Shown one piece after another: positions 1-11,094 of a stretch of 64,000 nt of DNA; positions within the stretch are counted from its first letter, which is position 1; each line of letters starts with the position of its first letter. The notes under the pieces are model-generated. The model did not search any database. It worked only from the letters and a program-made list of their open reading frames with translations, and was not told the DNA's origin. Source of the DNA: Fibrobacteria bacterium (GTDB lineage: Bacteria > Fibrobacterota > Fibrobacteria > UBA11236). The stretch lies in assembly GCA_041746255.1 (NCBI GenBank), contig JBGTHM010000099.1, positions 29,970 to 93,969 of the forward strand. The letters are read 5' to 3'. A program made the translations under genes and the position numbers.

Positions 1-503
1 TTAATAACGATTGCCTTCTTCCATTCAGCGAAATTGCGTTTTACCTCCTCAAATGTATAGTCCAGGCCTCCCAAAGACCGAAGCTTGTCGAAAAATTCCT
101 TGCGGCCATCTTCAATTTCCTGGGTATTCAATTGGGAAAGTACTGGCCCCGTGAAAGTATCTATCAGGTAAAACCTTTTGTCGATAGAATTCCAGTCGAG
201 GTATTGCATAATCGACGATGCCATGAAGCCGACATTAGTACCACATTCGACAAAATCACCAGGAATTTTTGAGGCATTTACGGCGCACCATATTCCAATA
301 TGGATTCGCCATTCATGCATGGGGTCATTCCCACGAGTGGTTTGGAGCCCCCTTTCGTAAGCCTGCCGAAATCTGCGATCAGTTCGGAATGCATCGCTAT
401 GATAAGTAAATAGGCCATCCTGATCGTAATTGGAGCGAAAAGGCATTACCCGAATGCCTTTACTTTTGAGGTAAGTTTTGATCAATTTCCGGAATGAATT
501 CAA
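1..503 (-). CDS. TylF/MycF/NovP-family O-methyltransferase (3' end runs off the window)
   Basis: Not in the ORF track. Translated by hand from TTG at 503 (GGGAG RBS upstream): LNSFRKLIK...HEWRIHIGIWCA...IPGDFVECGTNVGFMASSIMQYLDW...FYLIDTFTG. GDFVECG and DTFxG are TylF-family motifs. Confidence 0.75.
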   Translation of the reverse strand, partial: MNSFRKLIKTYLKSKGIRVMPFRSNYDQDGLFTYHSDAFRTDRRFRQAYERGLQTTRGNDPMHEWRIHIGIWCAVNASKIPGDFVECGTNVGFMASSIMQYLDWNSIDKRFYLIDTFTGPVLSQLNTQEIEDGRKEFFDKLRSLGGLDYTFEEVKRNFAEWKKAIVI

Positions 504-529
504 TCGGGCTCCCGTACTGGATAATACGG

Positions 530-1810
530 CTAAAATAGACGTATTCGTTTAAAGGTAATGGCCATCATTAAGAGGTTAAGATAAATGTACCAGAACTCCC
601 AAAGGGGCACATGGTAGCTCAAAAGGATTATTCCGACAATTATACCCCAGATGCCCAGAAGAAATACGGACGGTTGCCTGATGAAATTCTGATAAAAAAT
701 CGATAGGAAAATACCTCCAAACAGGGACAGGAGGAATACGCCGGTGATTCCAAAATCCTTGTATAAATGCCAGACGTAAATGGTGGTATTCAATCCTTTT
801 ACGAGTTGAATAGACTCGTTCATAATGGTGTCAAAGCCGTAACCGAGGTCCAGCGTACCCTCCAGGCGGGTAAGGTACAACGGGGCACGAAACAATCCTA
901 CGCCGTATTGAAATGGATAGTAATTGTCTCCTTCCACAAATTTCCTGACGGCAAAGTCGAAGTTCCAGAAATTATTTGCCACGTAGGCGTAAATGTTCGA
1001 GGCCCACGCGATATTTTTCGGAAGTTTTATTTTAACCATTTCATTAAACGTGCCCACGGCATCCAGGTTGGCGCGTACGAAGAAAGCGGCCAGGAAAAGG
1101 ATAAGCAATACAAGGAAGCCGGAAACGATATGTTTGAGGTTCAAATTTTTAGACGCGTAGTGGTAAATTACGACAAAGAAAATGATGAACCGAAACAAAT
1201 CGAAGCGTGTCACCAAGGTAAGGAATAGCAGAAGCGTCAGCGTGAATGCGAATATACAGGTTCGTTTTTTCACCTTGGAAATTCGACCCAAGAATAATAT
1301 TTGCGCTGCTATCATCATGCTTATAGGGCCAAAGAATAATCCATGGCTGGTTGGCCCGGTTGCCAGAAAAAAACGGATTCGAGACTTATCTGGGTTACTT
1401 GAAAACATGGGGATTTCCCCGGTAATCGCATAGGATACGAGAAAGCTTATGATGAATATGGAAAAGGAAACGAAAAAGACCCTGTAAACCCAGGTCCAAT
1501 CGACTGTCTCCGCATCGGCGTGCAGCCGATCCTTTAATTCTTTAAAACTAAACGTCCAGCCGGTATTTTGGGCCGAAGCAACCAGAGATCCGGCTATGTT
1601 GCCGAATAGGAACATTCCTGTCGCCCCATAGAATAATATTGAAGAGGTTGTCGACCATGGAGTTTGCAACCTGCTGAGGTTGAGGGAGTATACAACCAAG
1701 AGCAGAGAATAGACGCCAAGGTATATGCGTGAAGGCGAGACCAGATCCTGTCTAAGGTAAATCGCACTAAAAATGACTATTAATAGTATGGATAAGTATA
1801 CCAGGGTCAT
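530..1810 (-). CDS. wzy: Wzy-type O-antigen/oligosaccharide repeat-unit polymerase
   Basis: 426 aa with about 10-11 hydrophobic segments and a large periplasmic loop. C-terminal NTTIY..HLYKDFGITG motif. Lies in a polysaccharide locus. Confidence 0.75.
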   Translation of the reverse strand: MTLVYLSILLIVIFSAIYLRQDLVSPSRIYLGVYSLLLVVYSLNLSRLQTPWSTTSSILFYGATGMFLFGNIAGSLVASAQNTGWTFSFKELKDRLHADAETVDWTWVYRVFFVSFSIFIISFLVSYAITGEIPMFSSNPDKSRIRFFLATGPTSHGLFFGPISMMIAAQILFLGRISKVKKRTCIFAFTLTLLLFLTLVTRFDLFRFIIFFVVIYHYASKNLNLKHIVSGFLVLLILFLAAFFVRANLDAVGTFNEMVKIKLPKNIAWASNIYAYVANNFWNFDFAVRKFVEGDNYYPFQYGVGLFRAPLYLTRLEGTLDLGYGFDTIMNESIQLVKGLNTTIYVWHLYKDFGITGVFLLSLFGGIFLSIFYQNFIRQPSVFLLGIWGIIVGIILLSYHVPLWEFWYIYLNLLMMAITFKRIRLF

Positions 1811-2252
1811 AATTAATTGTGAAAATACATCGGGTGAAAGTTCATCGGGGGGACGGCGGGATTATTCCAGTAGTTAGTAGATTTTTGGCATATGCAAGTA
1901 TACCTGGAAAAGGCGTATATTTTCGGATTACATTTGGGAAACCGCCCCGAAAAGATACAAATTCTGCATATAATAGACAAAATCGGATTATGAGCCAGGT
2001 ATAGACGTTTGAAGCAGATGATCGGGATGGCCAAAACGCGAGGGTGTAAAAAGTTCCAATCCTCAAGGCGGAATCAGTAGGATTAAGGAACCTTGAGGGT
2101 TTTCACACGACTATCCAATTTGATTACGAAGATTTCAAATCCGTTCTACTCAACGTTTTGGGACCCATTCCTGGCTCGCTACTATCTTGATTTGATGCAA
2201 TAAAGCTTAGCCGAAAAAAGAAATTCCATTTAAAACAACTTGGACATCTACC

Positions 2253-2726
2253 TTATTCGACTAATGAATAATTGAGTTTACCAATTGAATGTAACGAATC
2301 TCCGAATTCACCTATATCCAATTTTCTCCGATTTTTATCGTAGATTCCGCTACTATTGATGGATAAAATCAATTCTCTGGGTAGAGTCATGCCGAGGGTA
2401 TGGAGGAAAGTCAGGGATGCGCAATTGTCTACATCGGAGTAACGACTCTGCATGTTTACATATGCTCCGGGATACATATTTGAGTCCAGATACATCATCG
2501 AAATCGGACCATCATAGCCGTATAGGGATGGACTGTCGATATAAATTTTTTCAGAAAAGCATATTTTTAAGGTGTCTCCAAGGCCGATTTCTGAATTTGG
2601 CCCAGGGGAAACGGAGAAAATCGACAACTGTGATTTTTTTCCTTCTTCGGGAGAGGTTTCGCAACCAACAAGTGCAAGTACAAGTACAAGGAACGAAATA
2701 GCTAATAACCTGTTTTTACCGTTCAT
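2253..2726 (-). CDS. Hypothetical lipoprotein, probable Ig-like (Big_5/SbsA-like) domain
   Basis: Lipobox LVGC after a hydrophobic signal. The segment 'SVSPGPNSEIGLGDTLKICFSEKI' resembles the start of Big_5 domains. Confidence 0.6.
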   Translation of the reverse strand: MNGKNRLLAISFLVLVLALVGCETSPEEGKKSQLSIFSVSPGPNSEIGLGDTLKICFSEKIYIDSPSLYGYDGPISMMYLDSNMYPGAYVNMQSRYSDVDNCASLTFLHTLGMTLPRELILSINSSGIYDKNRRKLDIGEFGDSLHSIGKLNYSLVE

Positions 2727-2994
2727 ATTTTTTCCGATTAGCGTGAAGGATTACAAATTATGGCAAACTTGTACCTTTGTCAATACCATTAAATATGATG
2801 CTTTTTCCAATCGGAGGGGATTTTCTGCCGAGTTCTGGTTCGAATGCAAACTACTTCCCCGACTGGATTAAGGGTATGGAAGTATCTATCCTAAAAAAAC
2901 CAAAACGAGACAATGAAGGCTTAATGAACAAAGCCAGCTTGTCTGATGACAGTTAGGGTGTTATTTTACTTATTTTGAGGAAAATTCCAGAGAT

Positions 2995-3570
2995 ATGGAA
3001 ATCCCCCCCGGCTTTGGATGGCTTAAGGCAGTGAGTGCGGCCTGGGCCTTCTACCTCTATAATCATGTTGTAACCAAGCTTCCCTTTTATAACCTCAGGC
3101 GCATATACCTGACCCGTGTCCTGAGCATGTCGATACACCCTACTGTCGCGGTGCATATGGGCTGTTTTTTCACTGGGAGGCTGGTCAAGATTGGAGCCGG
3201 AACAGTTCTGAACCGTGGCTGTTATGTGGATGGCCGTGCGGGAATGGAAATCGGCGAGAATGTCAGTATCTCTCCCTATACCTACCTACTCTCCCTTTCC
3301 CATGACCCCCAATCTCCCGTCTTCTCCACCGTCGCAAAACCCGTCCGCATCGGTTCCTTTGTCTGGATTGGAGCGCGGGGCATGGTACTCCCCGGATCGA
3401 ATATCGGTGAGGGTGCCGTAATCGGTGCCGGTTCCGTGGTTACTTGCGACATCGAACCCTACGCAATCGCCGTAGGTGCCCCGGCCAAGAAAGTAGGCGA
3501 AAGAAATCGCGGCTTGAACTATTCTTTGGGCTATTTTCCCCTGCTGGATACGGACATTTTGCTCCCGTGA
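2995..3570 (+). CDS. Hexapeptide-repeat O-acetyltransferase (WcaF/maltose acetyltransferase-like)
   Basis: Left-handed beta-helix repeats: [34 protein letters not shown] and GAPAK. Confidence 0.85.
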   Translation: MEIPPGFGWLKAVSAAWAFYLYNHVVTKLPFYNLRRIYLTRVLSMSIHPTVAVHMGCFFTGRLVKIGAGTVLNRGCYVDGRAGMEIGENVSISPYTYLLSLSHDPQSPVFSTVAKPVRIGSFVWIGARGMVLPGSNIGEGAVIGAGSVVTCDIEPYAIAVGAPAKKVGERNRGLNYSLGYFPLLDTDILLP

Positions 3571-4742
3571 AAATCCTGTTCATTTCCTCCATGTTTTTGT
3601 TCCGTGAGAGTCGATTCGGGGGGGCTAAGCGACTTTATTATCTGGCTAAGGAATTGGAGAAACGAGCGGAGTTGCATGTATTATGCCTGGATGTTTGTCA
3701 CGAAAGCGAGGCGGCAGCGTGTTTTGGGCCCGAATTTGCAAACTTATACTCAATTCCCCTCGATTTTAATGAAAAGAATGGTTTTTTCTCCCTCAGCCTT
3801 CCCATAAATCTTTCACCAAAATTAGACAAAGTCAAAGCAACATGGTTTCCATACGTCGATACCTCTTTCGATGCCGTAGTATTGGCCTATCCCGCAGCTT
3901 TGTCTTTCCTGGAAAAGGGATTGGTTAAATTGCCTGCGAATAGGTTGTATATCGAAGACGACCTGCCTTTGGAAACTTATCGGAAGGATTTCGCTTCCGG
4001 AAATCCGCTTCCGAAACGGATTTATAAATACCTTCGGTACCTTCAATTGTACGCCTACTATCGTAAACGGCTTCGAGAGGTGCGGACGTTCGTGGCTATT
4101 TCCCGGGAAGAGGAGCAAATTGTCAAAAAGGATTTCCCCGGCATCAAAACAATCGTGATGAAATATGGGTTACCAAAATCGGAGATTCCCGAACGGATGA
4201 AAAACGCGAAGAGAGCCAGGCTCGGTTTCATCGGGAATTTCCAGCACCCACCGAATCTGGACGCCATGCTTTGGTTGCTCGAATCATTATTCCCTTATCT
4301 GCACCGCAACCATCCAAACCTTAGTTTAATCATCGCCGGTCGCTATATACCCGAGCATTTGATTCAGCATCATGCGGTTCGGGATGGGGTTGAGTTTATG
4401 GAAAGCCCCGAATCCCTGAACATTTTTTACGATAACATCGGAATTTTTATCAACCCCATCCGGACGGGTCGTGGAATGCGCACCAAAGTGGTCGAGGCCG
4501 CTGCATATGGCAAGCCCATCGTTTCCACCGTATTAGGCGCGGAGGGTATGGAAGACCTTCGCATCCGTAAAGTGGACAATGAGGTCGGAATATTAGCGGA
4601 GGTGGAAAAATTACAGGACCCCAATGAATGGGAAAATGATTCCGATTTTAATTACCACCGTATCCGAGAGTTTTATACCCAAGAAGCAATGGCGGATTCC
4701 CTTTGGCGCGGGATTGAACCCGATTTTCCGAATCGGCAGTGA
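3567..4742 (+). CDS. GT4-family glycosyltransferase
   Basis: The GTG start at 3567 overlaps the upstream stop (MKILFISS...). Contains [13 protein letters not shown] and [19 protein letters not shown]. The ORF-track start at 3444 looks over-extended. Confidence 0.85.
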   Translation: MKILFISSMFLFRESRFGGAKRLYYLAKELEKRAELHVLCLDVCHESEAAACFGPEFANLYSIPLDFNEKNGFFSLSLPINLSPKLDKVKATWFPYVDTSFDAVVLAYPAALSFLEKGLVKLPANRLYIEDDLPLETYRKDFASGNPLPKRIYKYLRYLQLYAYYRKRLREVRTFVAISREEEQIVKKDFPGIKTIVMKYGLPKSEIPERMKNAKRARLGFIGNFQHPPNLDAMLWLLESLFPYLHRNHPNLSLIIAGRYIPEHLIQHHAVRDGVEFMESPESLNIFYDNIGIFINPIRTGRGMRTKVVEAAAYGKPIVSTVLGAEGMEDLRIRKVDNEVGILAEVEKLQDPNEWENDSDFNYHRIREFYTQEAMADSLWRGIEPDFPNRQ

Positions 4743-4799
4743 AACGGCTTCAGAATTTGCGTACGGTCGGAATGTATTTTTAGCGATTCGAAATAGCCT

Positions 4800-5723
4800 A
4801 TGCCAGCAGTCGTATCGATCATCATCGTAACTTGGAATACCCGGGATCTCACTCTGGCCGCGGTGGAATCCGTGATCAAGCATGAGGTATCCGTACCTTA
4901 TGAAATTTTGGTAGTGGATAACGCCTCCAGCGATGGGACGGCGGACTTGTTGCGTTCCCGCTACCCCGATGTCCGGGTGCTGGAAAATCGGGAGAATGTG
5001 GGTTTTGCAAACGCGAATAATATCGGCGTCAAGGCGGCGAACGGTGAGTTCGTGCTTTTGCTGAATAGCGATGCCTACTTAATCGAGGAGATATTGCCGG
5101 AATGTCTGAGCCTTTTTCAACGAATGCCAGGGGCTGGAATTCTCGCCCTTCGCTTGAACAACAGCGATGGCTCTCTGCAACCGGGAGTATTTCGATTTCC
5201 CACGCTCTTTTCGGCATTCACAGAAATTTTCCATACGACATCGGGAATAACCCGAGATATGACTCGTTTTCAATTAAACTTGGACAAGGCCCTTAACCGA
5301 GTGGATTGGGCGACGGGCGCATTTTTGATGGTCCGGAAAACAGATTATTTGCGTGTCGGGGGAATGGATGAATCCATTTTCATGTATGCGGAAGACATTG
5401 ATTTCTGCCGTAGAAGCCTTTCTCAAGGAATACCCTGCTTCTATGCCCCAGGAAAAAGCCTTGTGCATTTAGGCGGAGGCAGCCAGGGAAAATCAATCCA
5501 ACAGACGTTGTTACTGACTGATAACGGGAGGATGGCTTATTGGAAAAAGTGGCATGGTCCTTTTTCTTCTTTGCTATTACGGAAAAATTTTATACTGCGG
5601 TCTTTGATTCGAGGAATAGTCCTGGTTGGATACAGTCAACTTCAACGGAATCCACTGGTGGAACTCAAAGGCAAGGCGCATTTGCGACATGCGTTATACT
5701 TGTTAAGGCATTTGCATGGATAA
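4800..5723 (+). CDS. GT2-family glycosyltransferase (WbbL-like)
   Basis: Motifs VSIIIVTWN, VVDNASSDGT, NVGFANANN, LLNSD, FMYAEDIDFC. Confidence 0.9.
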   Translation: MPAVVSIIIVTWNTRDLTLAAVESVIKHEVSVPYEILVVDNASSDGTADLLRSRYPDVRVLENRENVGFANANNIGVKAANGEFVLLLNSDAYLIEEILPECLSLFQRMPGAGILALRLNNSDGSLQPGVFRFPTLFSAFTEIFHTTSGITRDMTRFQLNLDKALNRVDWATGAFLMVRKTDYLRVGGMDESIFMYAEDIDFCRRSLSQGIPCFYAPGKSLVHLGGGSQGKSIQQTLLLTDNGRMAYWKKWHGPFSSLLLRKNFILRSLIRGIVLVGYSQLQRNPLVELKGKAHLRHALYLLRHLHG

Positions 5724-6783
5724 GATTCTTTTCGATGGCCGATGGATTTTGCCAGAGCGTACGGGAGTGGGAAATTTCGCCCTGAACTTGATTCGTGCTT
5801 TAGGCGATACGGGCAGACCTATCGGGGTCGTTCTCAGCAAGAATGCGCCGTCCTTCGCACTACCCGAAAACGTAACGGTATTTCACACCGGAGTCGATAT
5901 TCGGAATCATCCGCTGACGGAGTTGTTCGAACAGGTTTGGATTCCCTGGTTGTGTTATCGTTTCGGGTATACGCGATTTGTATCTCTGGAAGGAAGGGCG
6001 CCGATTTTTCACCCGGGAATCAGGACTTTTCCGTTTATTTATGATATTTCTTTTTTGCAGGTCAAAGGATCGTATGGTTTTAAATACAGACTATTTCTTT
6101 TCGCCAATTTGGTGATCAGTCGACTTTTCGCCACCCGCATCTTAACCATTTCCAAGTCGGTACGTCGCGAGATAGGCAGTGCGGTAAGAATTCACCCGGG
6201 GAAAATCGCGATTATCACTCCGTCCCACAGCAACTTGGAATTGGAGATTCGTCCAGACGGTGTGGATGGGAAAACACCGTTCTTCCTTGGCATTGGTTTT
6301 ACCAACCCAAGGAAGAACCTAGAGCCATTGATTCGCGCATTTAATCGAGTGTATATCGAGAATCCAAATGTCGCATTGATGTTGACCGGAGATAAAGGAT
6401 TCATTGAGGGTTATGCCGGGGAATTACCGGGTATTCGAAACTTAGGATTTGTAAAGGATTCCGAATTGGCATGGCTTTACCGGAATGCTACCGCATTGGT
6501 ATTTCCTTCCTTGAACGAAGGGTTTGGAATTCCCTTGCTGGATGCCATGCGCTTCAAATGCCCAATTATATGTTCCGATATTGCCGTATTTCGAGAGGTA
6601 GCCGGTGATTATGCGGATTATTTTAATCCGGCGTCTCCGGCGGACATTTCCGATAAAATGGAATCCATACTGAAATCACATACGGTAAATCATCGCTCTT
6701 CATCGAACGCTCTCCGGTTCTCCTGGGAAGTTTCCGCTGAAAAATTGCTTGCGTTTGTCGAAACACTTAACGTTGAGGAATAA
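5716..6783 (+). CDS. GT4-family glycosyltransferase (MtfB/WbdB-like)
   Basis: Motifs RTGVGNF, PRKNLEPLIRAF, FPSLNEGFGIPLLDAM, RFSWE. Confidence 0.88.
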   Translation: MDKILFDGRWILPERTGVGNFALNLIRALGDTGRPIGVVLSKNAPSFALPENVTVFHTGVDIRNHPLTELFEQVWIPWLCYRFGYTRFVSLEGRAPIFHPGIRTFPFIYDISFLQVKGSYGFKYRLFLFANLVISRLFATRILTISKSVRREIGSAVRIHPGKIAIITPSHSNLELEIRPDGVDGKTPFFLGIGFTNPRKNLEPLIRAFNRVYIENPNVALMLTGDKGFIEGYAGELPGIRNLGFVKDSELAWLYRNATALVFPSLNEGFGIPLLDAMRFKCPIICSDIAVFREVAGDYADYFNPASPADISDKMESILKSHTVNHRSSSNALRFSWEVSAEKLLAFVETLNVEE

Positions 6784-6785
6784 CC

Positions 6786-7526
6786 ATGGGTCTGGAAATT
6801 AATATCAATCGGGAAAATTATCCCGATTTCCGTGCATACCTTGGTGAGCAAGAATACCGGCTTTTAAAGGATGTGATTGCGAGCTTGATTGAGAAAAATT
6901 GCATTCGGAAGGAGAATTTACTTGATTTAGCCTGTTGGGATGGCGAGTCAACCCGGTATTACGGTGACCGGCTTGGGATTAAAGATTTACATGGCATTGA
7001 CTTTTTCGAAGAACAAATCGAAAAAGCGAAAGGCCGGGGCGTGAAGGTGCTGAAATGCGATTTGGAAGCGGAAATCTTTCCCATTGATGATGCCGTTTTC
7101 GATATAGTGGTTGCCAACCAAATTTTTGAGCATTTGAAGCAAATTTACAGGCCCTTATCGGAAATCCACCGGGTGTTAAGGCCTGGTGGACATCTCCTAT
7201 TCAGTGTGCCCAATCTATCCGCATTGCATTGCCGATTGCAACTGCTATTGGGAATTCAGCCGAGTACCATCAAATTATTCGATGCTCATGTTCGCGGATT
7301 CACTCCATCCGCCACCCGGGATTTTCTGACCTTGAATAACCTGTTCGAAGTGGTGGAATACCGTGGATCGGGATTTTATCCTTTCCCGCCGCCCTTGTCG
7401 AAGCGGTTGTCCGCGCTATTTCCCCGATTCGCGGTGTATCAAGTCTATCTACTGCGAAAAACCAACAGTAAGGGGAAAACCTGGCAACAGGAAATCGCGG
7501 AAAAGCCCTTGCAGACGACTTATTGA
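6786..7526 (+). CDS. Class I SAM-dependent methyltransferase
   Basis: Motifs LLDLACWDG and FDIVVANQIFEHL...EIHRVLRPGGHLLFSVPN. Confidence 0.85.
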   Translation: MGLEININRENYPDFRAYLGEQEYRLLKDVIASLIEKNCIRKENLLDLACWDGESTRYYGDRLGIKDLHGIDFFEEQIEKAKGRGVKVLKCDLEAEIFPIDDAVFDIVVANQIFEHLKQIYRPLSEIHRVLRPGGHLLFSVPNLSALHCRLQLLLGIQPSTIKLFDAHVRGFTPSATRDFLTLNNLFEVVEYRGSGFYPFPPPLSKRLSALFPRFAVYQVYLLRKTNSKGKTWQQEIAEKPLQTTY

Positions 7527-8593
7527 CGATAGGCGGAGAGAGTTTCCCGAGCGGTGCCTTCCCAGGAAAAGCGGGCGCAATTCCTATATCCTTTGTCTAC
7601 TATCGCGGAAAATTCCAGTGAGCCTCGGTGGCATCGAGACATTAAGTCCGTCAAGCCGTCCAAGTCTCCATTTTCAAAATAGAGGCATCCCGATCCCCCG
7701 ATTTCGGTTAAGCTGGAATTAGCCGCGGAAATAACGGGACAACCTTGGGATTGGGCTTCTAGAATGGGAAACCCGAACCCTTCATATAAGGACGGGTAGA
7801 TCAGTGCGGCGGCTTGTCGGTAAAGTAGCCGAAGTTCATCATCTGAAAGGTACCCTTTGAAGGTCACATGTTTTTCCATACCCAAGTGAGCAATTAAAGG
7901 GGCTAGATGGGATTGTTTCCAGCCTTTTGCACCGACAATATCCAAATTCTGGGCTATCCCGTATTTTTCTTTGAGTCGATGCAAAGCCCTGATGGCCAGT
8001 TCCAGATTTTTACCGGGTTCCAAAGTTCCGACTGCCAGAAAATTTCCTCGTTCCGTCGATTCAGGTTCCCTGGAAATAACAAATTTGCACGCGAGGTGCA
8101 CGACGCGGGATTTACCCCGTGCCGATGGATAATGCGACTGCAAGTCGCGCATGGTATTCATGGAATCGCACAGGATGGTTATGGGTTTTCTGCAAGAGAG
8201 GCTTATTCCCAAACCGAGGTAGATTCGTTTGAGAAGTCCGAATCGGGCGGGTAAAACTTTATGGCATAAGTCATGTATGGTCACGACTTGCCTTTTACGG
8301 GAAAAAAGGATAGCGACATTTCCCACCGAATGCACCACCTCGAAACGCCATAGGAAAAATGGAAGAATGACTTGGGAGATTGCTACTTTTCCCAATATTG
8401 ATTTAACGGGAAAGTGCTTGATGCGCACCTTTTCAGGCAAAGGGGTCAAAGAGGCCGCGGCTGTCGAATTGGTAAAAATGGTGATCGATTGAATCTCCGG
8501 ATTTTCAGCCAGCGCCAGGGTTAACATTCGGGTGTAATATCCGATCCCGGCTAGGTTTGCCGGAAGGGTCAATGCATTCAAGGCAATGCGCAT
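7520..8593 (-). CDS. GT4-family glycosyltransferase (MtfB-like)
   Basis: Motifs AGIGYY, VTIHDL, VGTLEPGKNL, YPSLYEGFGFPILEA, RFSWE. Confidence 0.9.
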   Translation of the reverse strand: MRIALNALTLPANLAGIGYYTRMLTLALAENPEIQSITIFTNSTAAASLTPLPEKVRIKHFPVKSILGKVAISQVILPFFLWRFEVVHSVGNVAILFSRKRQVVTIHDLCHKVLPARFGLLKRIYLGLGISLSCRKPITILCDSMNTMRDLQSHYPSARGKSRVVHLACKFVISREPESTERGNFLAVGTLEPGKNLELAIRALHRLKEKYGIAQNLDIVGAKGWKQSHLAPLIAHLGMEKHVTFKGYLSDDELRLLYRQAAALIYPSLYEGFGFPILEAQSQGCPVISAANSSLTEIGGSGCLYFENGDLDGLTDLMSRCHRGSLEFSAIVDKGYRNCARFSWEGTARETLSAYRQ

Positions 8594-8619
8594 GGTCAGT
8601 CGACAAAATTTAAAAGGGT

Positions 8620-9408
8620 GTGATTGAAATGCTGAGTAGGCTCGGAAAGCTCCTTAAGCCCAAAAACCTTTGGCTCCTGACGGGAGCGAAAAAGGGATTT
8701 TGCCCCGTGTGCCGACGGTCCACTTTGTTCGTCTTTCCGGATCCTCCGGCAACTGTCAGAAATCATGCCATGTGCGTGTTTTGTCGAAGCGCTTCCCGGA
8801 ATCGTCATCTCGCCAAATGCATTTTGGACGAATTTCGCGGAAAGGGTATCGTCCGCCTGTCCGATTTTTCCCGACGCCCGGAGCTTCGGGTTTTCCATAC
8901 GGCTTCCGGAGGCATCATAAGCGACGCTTTGGGTAAGGGGAAAAACATTGTGAGGGCCGAGTTTTTCGAAGGCGTGTCTCCCGGAGATTACCAGGGCGGA
9001 GTGCTTTGCCAGGATTTGGAAAACCTTACTTTTCCTTCCGATTTCTTCGATTTGATTATTTCGGAGGATGTATTTGAGCATCTTAAAGATTATTCCCGGG
9101 GGTTTGCCGAAGTCCATCGAGTGTTAAAGCCGGGTGGATGCCATATTTTTTCCATTCCCTTTTATTTCGACCGAAAGACCGAATCGCTATTTCGCCGAAT
9201 CGAAAGCAGCTATGAGCCGATTGGTCCCATTGAATACCATGGGGATCCGATTCGAGGGCAAATCCCGGCTTATTCCCGATTCGGTTATGACTTACTCGAA
9301 TTTCTTCGCTCAAACGGCTATTCTGTAAAGGTTGAAATCTCACAATTTGAAGAAAATATCCGTTACGGTACTTACAATAGTTATACCTTCATGACCTGGA
9401 AGTTGTAA
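8620..9408 (+). CDS. SAM-dependent methyltransferase with N-terminal CxxC..CxxC Zn ribbon
   Basis: CPVC...CVFCRSASRNRH, followed by QDLENLTFPSDFFDLIISEDVFEHL..EVHRVLKPGG. Confidence 0.8.
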   Translation: MIEMLSRLGKLLKPKNLWLLTGAKKGFCPVCRRSTLFVFPDPPATVRNHAMCVFCRSASRNRHLAKCILDEFRGKGIVRLSDFSRRPELRVFHTASGGIISDALGKGKNIVRAEFFEGVSPGDYQGGVLCQDLENLTFPSDFFDLIISEDVFEHLKDYSRGFAEVHRVLKPGGCHIFSIPFYFDRKTESLFRRIESSYEPIGPIEYHGDPIRGQIPAYSRFGYDLLEFLRSNGYSVKVEISQFEENIRYGTYNSYTFMTWKL

Positions 9409-9438
9409 TTTTGAGTCCGACGCGCCCCTCGAAAAACC

Positions 9439-11094
9439 TCATGGGGACTTTTGGTAAATCATAATCGTGATAACCAGACTTAAAATTGCCGGAACCATTT
9501 GAATAATTGGCATATAAACCGACATATACCGTTTAAATTCGATTGACGAAGGCACTACGATGATGTCTCCGGCCGCGAGTTCATTCACCCCTTTTATTTT
9601 AACCAGCTTTTGGTAATTCCCTATTAGGAATTCATTCTGCCTGTCCGCTCTTCTGGAATATCCTCCTGCCTGTTTTATATAATACGAGGTGGTCTTTCCC
9701 TTCACATAGGGATATGCTCCGGGTCTCTCAACGCCTCCGCTCACGTGCACAAATTTTTCCGGTTCCGGGAAATAAATTTCATCTCCATCACTCAATTTAA
9801 TGTGACCACGGTGGTTTTTTATTTCCACGATGCGATAGTCGCCCATTTTATGTAGGTCGAAAAGGGAAGCATTAATTTCCGGTCTGGATTTCTGCAAATT
9901 TATCAAAGCCATATCCATCTGTTGACGGGAGGAAATTTCCTGGGAATAATTCTCATCAATGAATGGATTCTTCCCACCGTTTTCGGAGTTGAAAACGGTT
10001 TTCGCGGATTGGAGGACATAGGCATTTTCAAAGGTTCCGGAGCCAACCAGGCCGCCAGCGAGACTCAACACGTCGGCCACCGTGGTCTCATTTTCGACTA
10101 TGGGATACTTTCCGGGTCGGGCGACATTCCCTCCAATGGATACTACGGTAATTCGATTCGGGCGGCTATTTCCCGGAACGGTTACTACGGAATTGTTGGG
10201 AATGAGGACGCTCGGTGCTTGGGCCAGTGAGTATTTCATGATTTCGGGCATTCCCCTCGCATTTTGGGTTTGGACATAGATGGAGGTGGTGTCTGCGGAG
10301 GATTTCAACCGTACGATATCGAGAATATCCTCTAAAGTTTCGTTTTTCTTTATAGGTATCCACTCCGCATCGAAATCGATTACTTCCCCGGTTACCATTG
10401 CTCTTCGATTGACCGATTCGAGCGTGATATTGTCTCCGGGATAGAGATAGGGGTTCTGGGAAAGATCATGGCGTACCATAAAGCGTAGTAGATCGAATAT
10501 CTGGGTGGAATCCCTATTGGAGATCTTGACTTCGCGAAAATTATAGGCTCTGATATCCGGCACTCGTTGCAAATTGGCCGTTGTTATGGCGTCAAGCAGA
10601 CGCTTGGTGCCCTCCAAGCGGTGGGTACCTGGGTTGGACAGGATACCGCCCACGGTCACAACCGGGCTTTTCGGAGCTTGGAGATTGACGTAAATTTCAT
10701 GGTTTTTTTTCAATATCCCCTTAACTTGGTGGGCTATGATATTTTTCGCTTCGATTAAGGGAATTTTTCCTAGTGTTATCAATCCCAAATCAGAGATATA
10801 AAGATTTCCATCCTGATCTACCGTCGCGAAATATTGTTGACTCGGCATTCCGACTATGGATACTTGAAAAACATCGCCACCGCCCACGATATAGTTTTCC
10901 GGATCAATGGAATTGTCCAAGGTGGTTGCTGACGCGTTCATCCCCTGGCCTGTCGCTCCCAAGTCTCCGAATATGCGCTTTTTCATGGCGGAAGAAAGAT
11001 CGAGGGCACTCGAATTTTGCAATGTAAGAACAAGCGCCATCAGCGCCAGGGGCATGTAAATGCGCTGAGTCATCAATGCGGGTCCGCCTTTCAT
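9439..11094 (-). CDS. Polysaccharide export protein (Poly_export + several SLBB domains; Wza/KpsD-like OPX)
   Basis: Signal peptide. YIVGGGDVFQV export domain. Repeated SLBB motifs (GNVARPGKY...AGG, SGGVERPGAY...QAGG). Hydrophobic C-terminal helix. Confidence 0.85.
   Translation of the reverse strand: MKGGPALMTQRIYMPLALMALVLTLQNSSALDLSSAMKKRIFGDLGATGQGMNASATTLDNSIDPENYIVGGGDVFQVSIVGMPSQQYFATVDQDGNLYISDLGLITLGKIPLIEAKNIIAHQVKGILKKNHEIYVNLQAPKSPVVTVGGILSNPGTHRLEGTKRLLDAITTANLQRVPDIRAYNFREVKISNRDSTQIFDLLRFMVRHDLSQNPYLYPGDNITLESVNRRAMVTGEVIDFDAEWIPIKKNETLEDILDIVRLKSSADTTSIYVQTQNARGMPEIMKYSLAQAPSVLIPNNSVVTVPGNSRPNRITVVSIGGNVARPGKYPIVENETTVADVLSLAGGLVGSGTFENAYVLQSAKTVFNSENGGKNPFIDENYSQEISSRQQMDMALINLQKSRPEINASLFDLHKMGDYRIVEIKNHRGHIKLSDGDEIYFPEPEKFVHVSGGVERPGAYPYVKGKTTSYYIKQAGGYSRRADRQNEFLIGNYQKLVKIKGVNELAAGDIIVVPSSIEFKRYMSVYMPIIQMVPAILSLVITIMIYQKSP

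Noticed and set aside
1811..2252. Short ORFs or a pseudogene upstream of wzy
   Set aside because: The overlapping 61-74 aa ORFs have no motifs or clear RBS, so I treated the region as intergenic.
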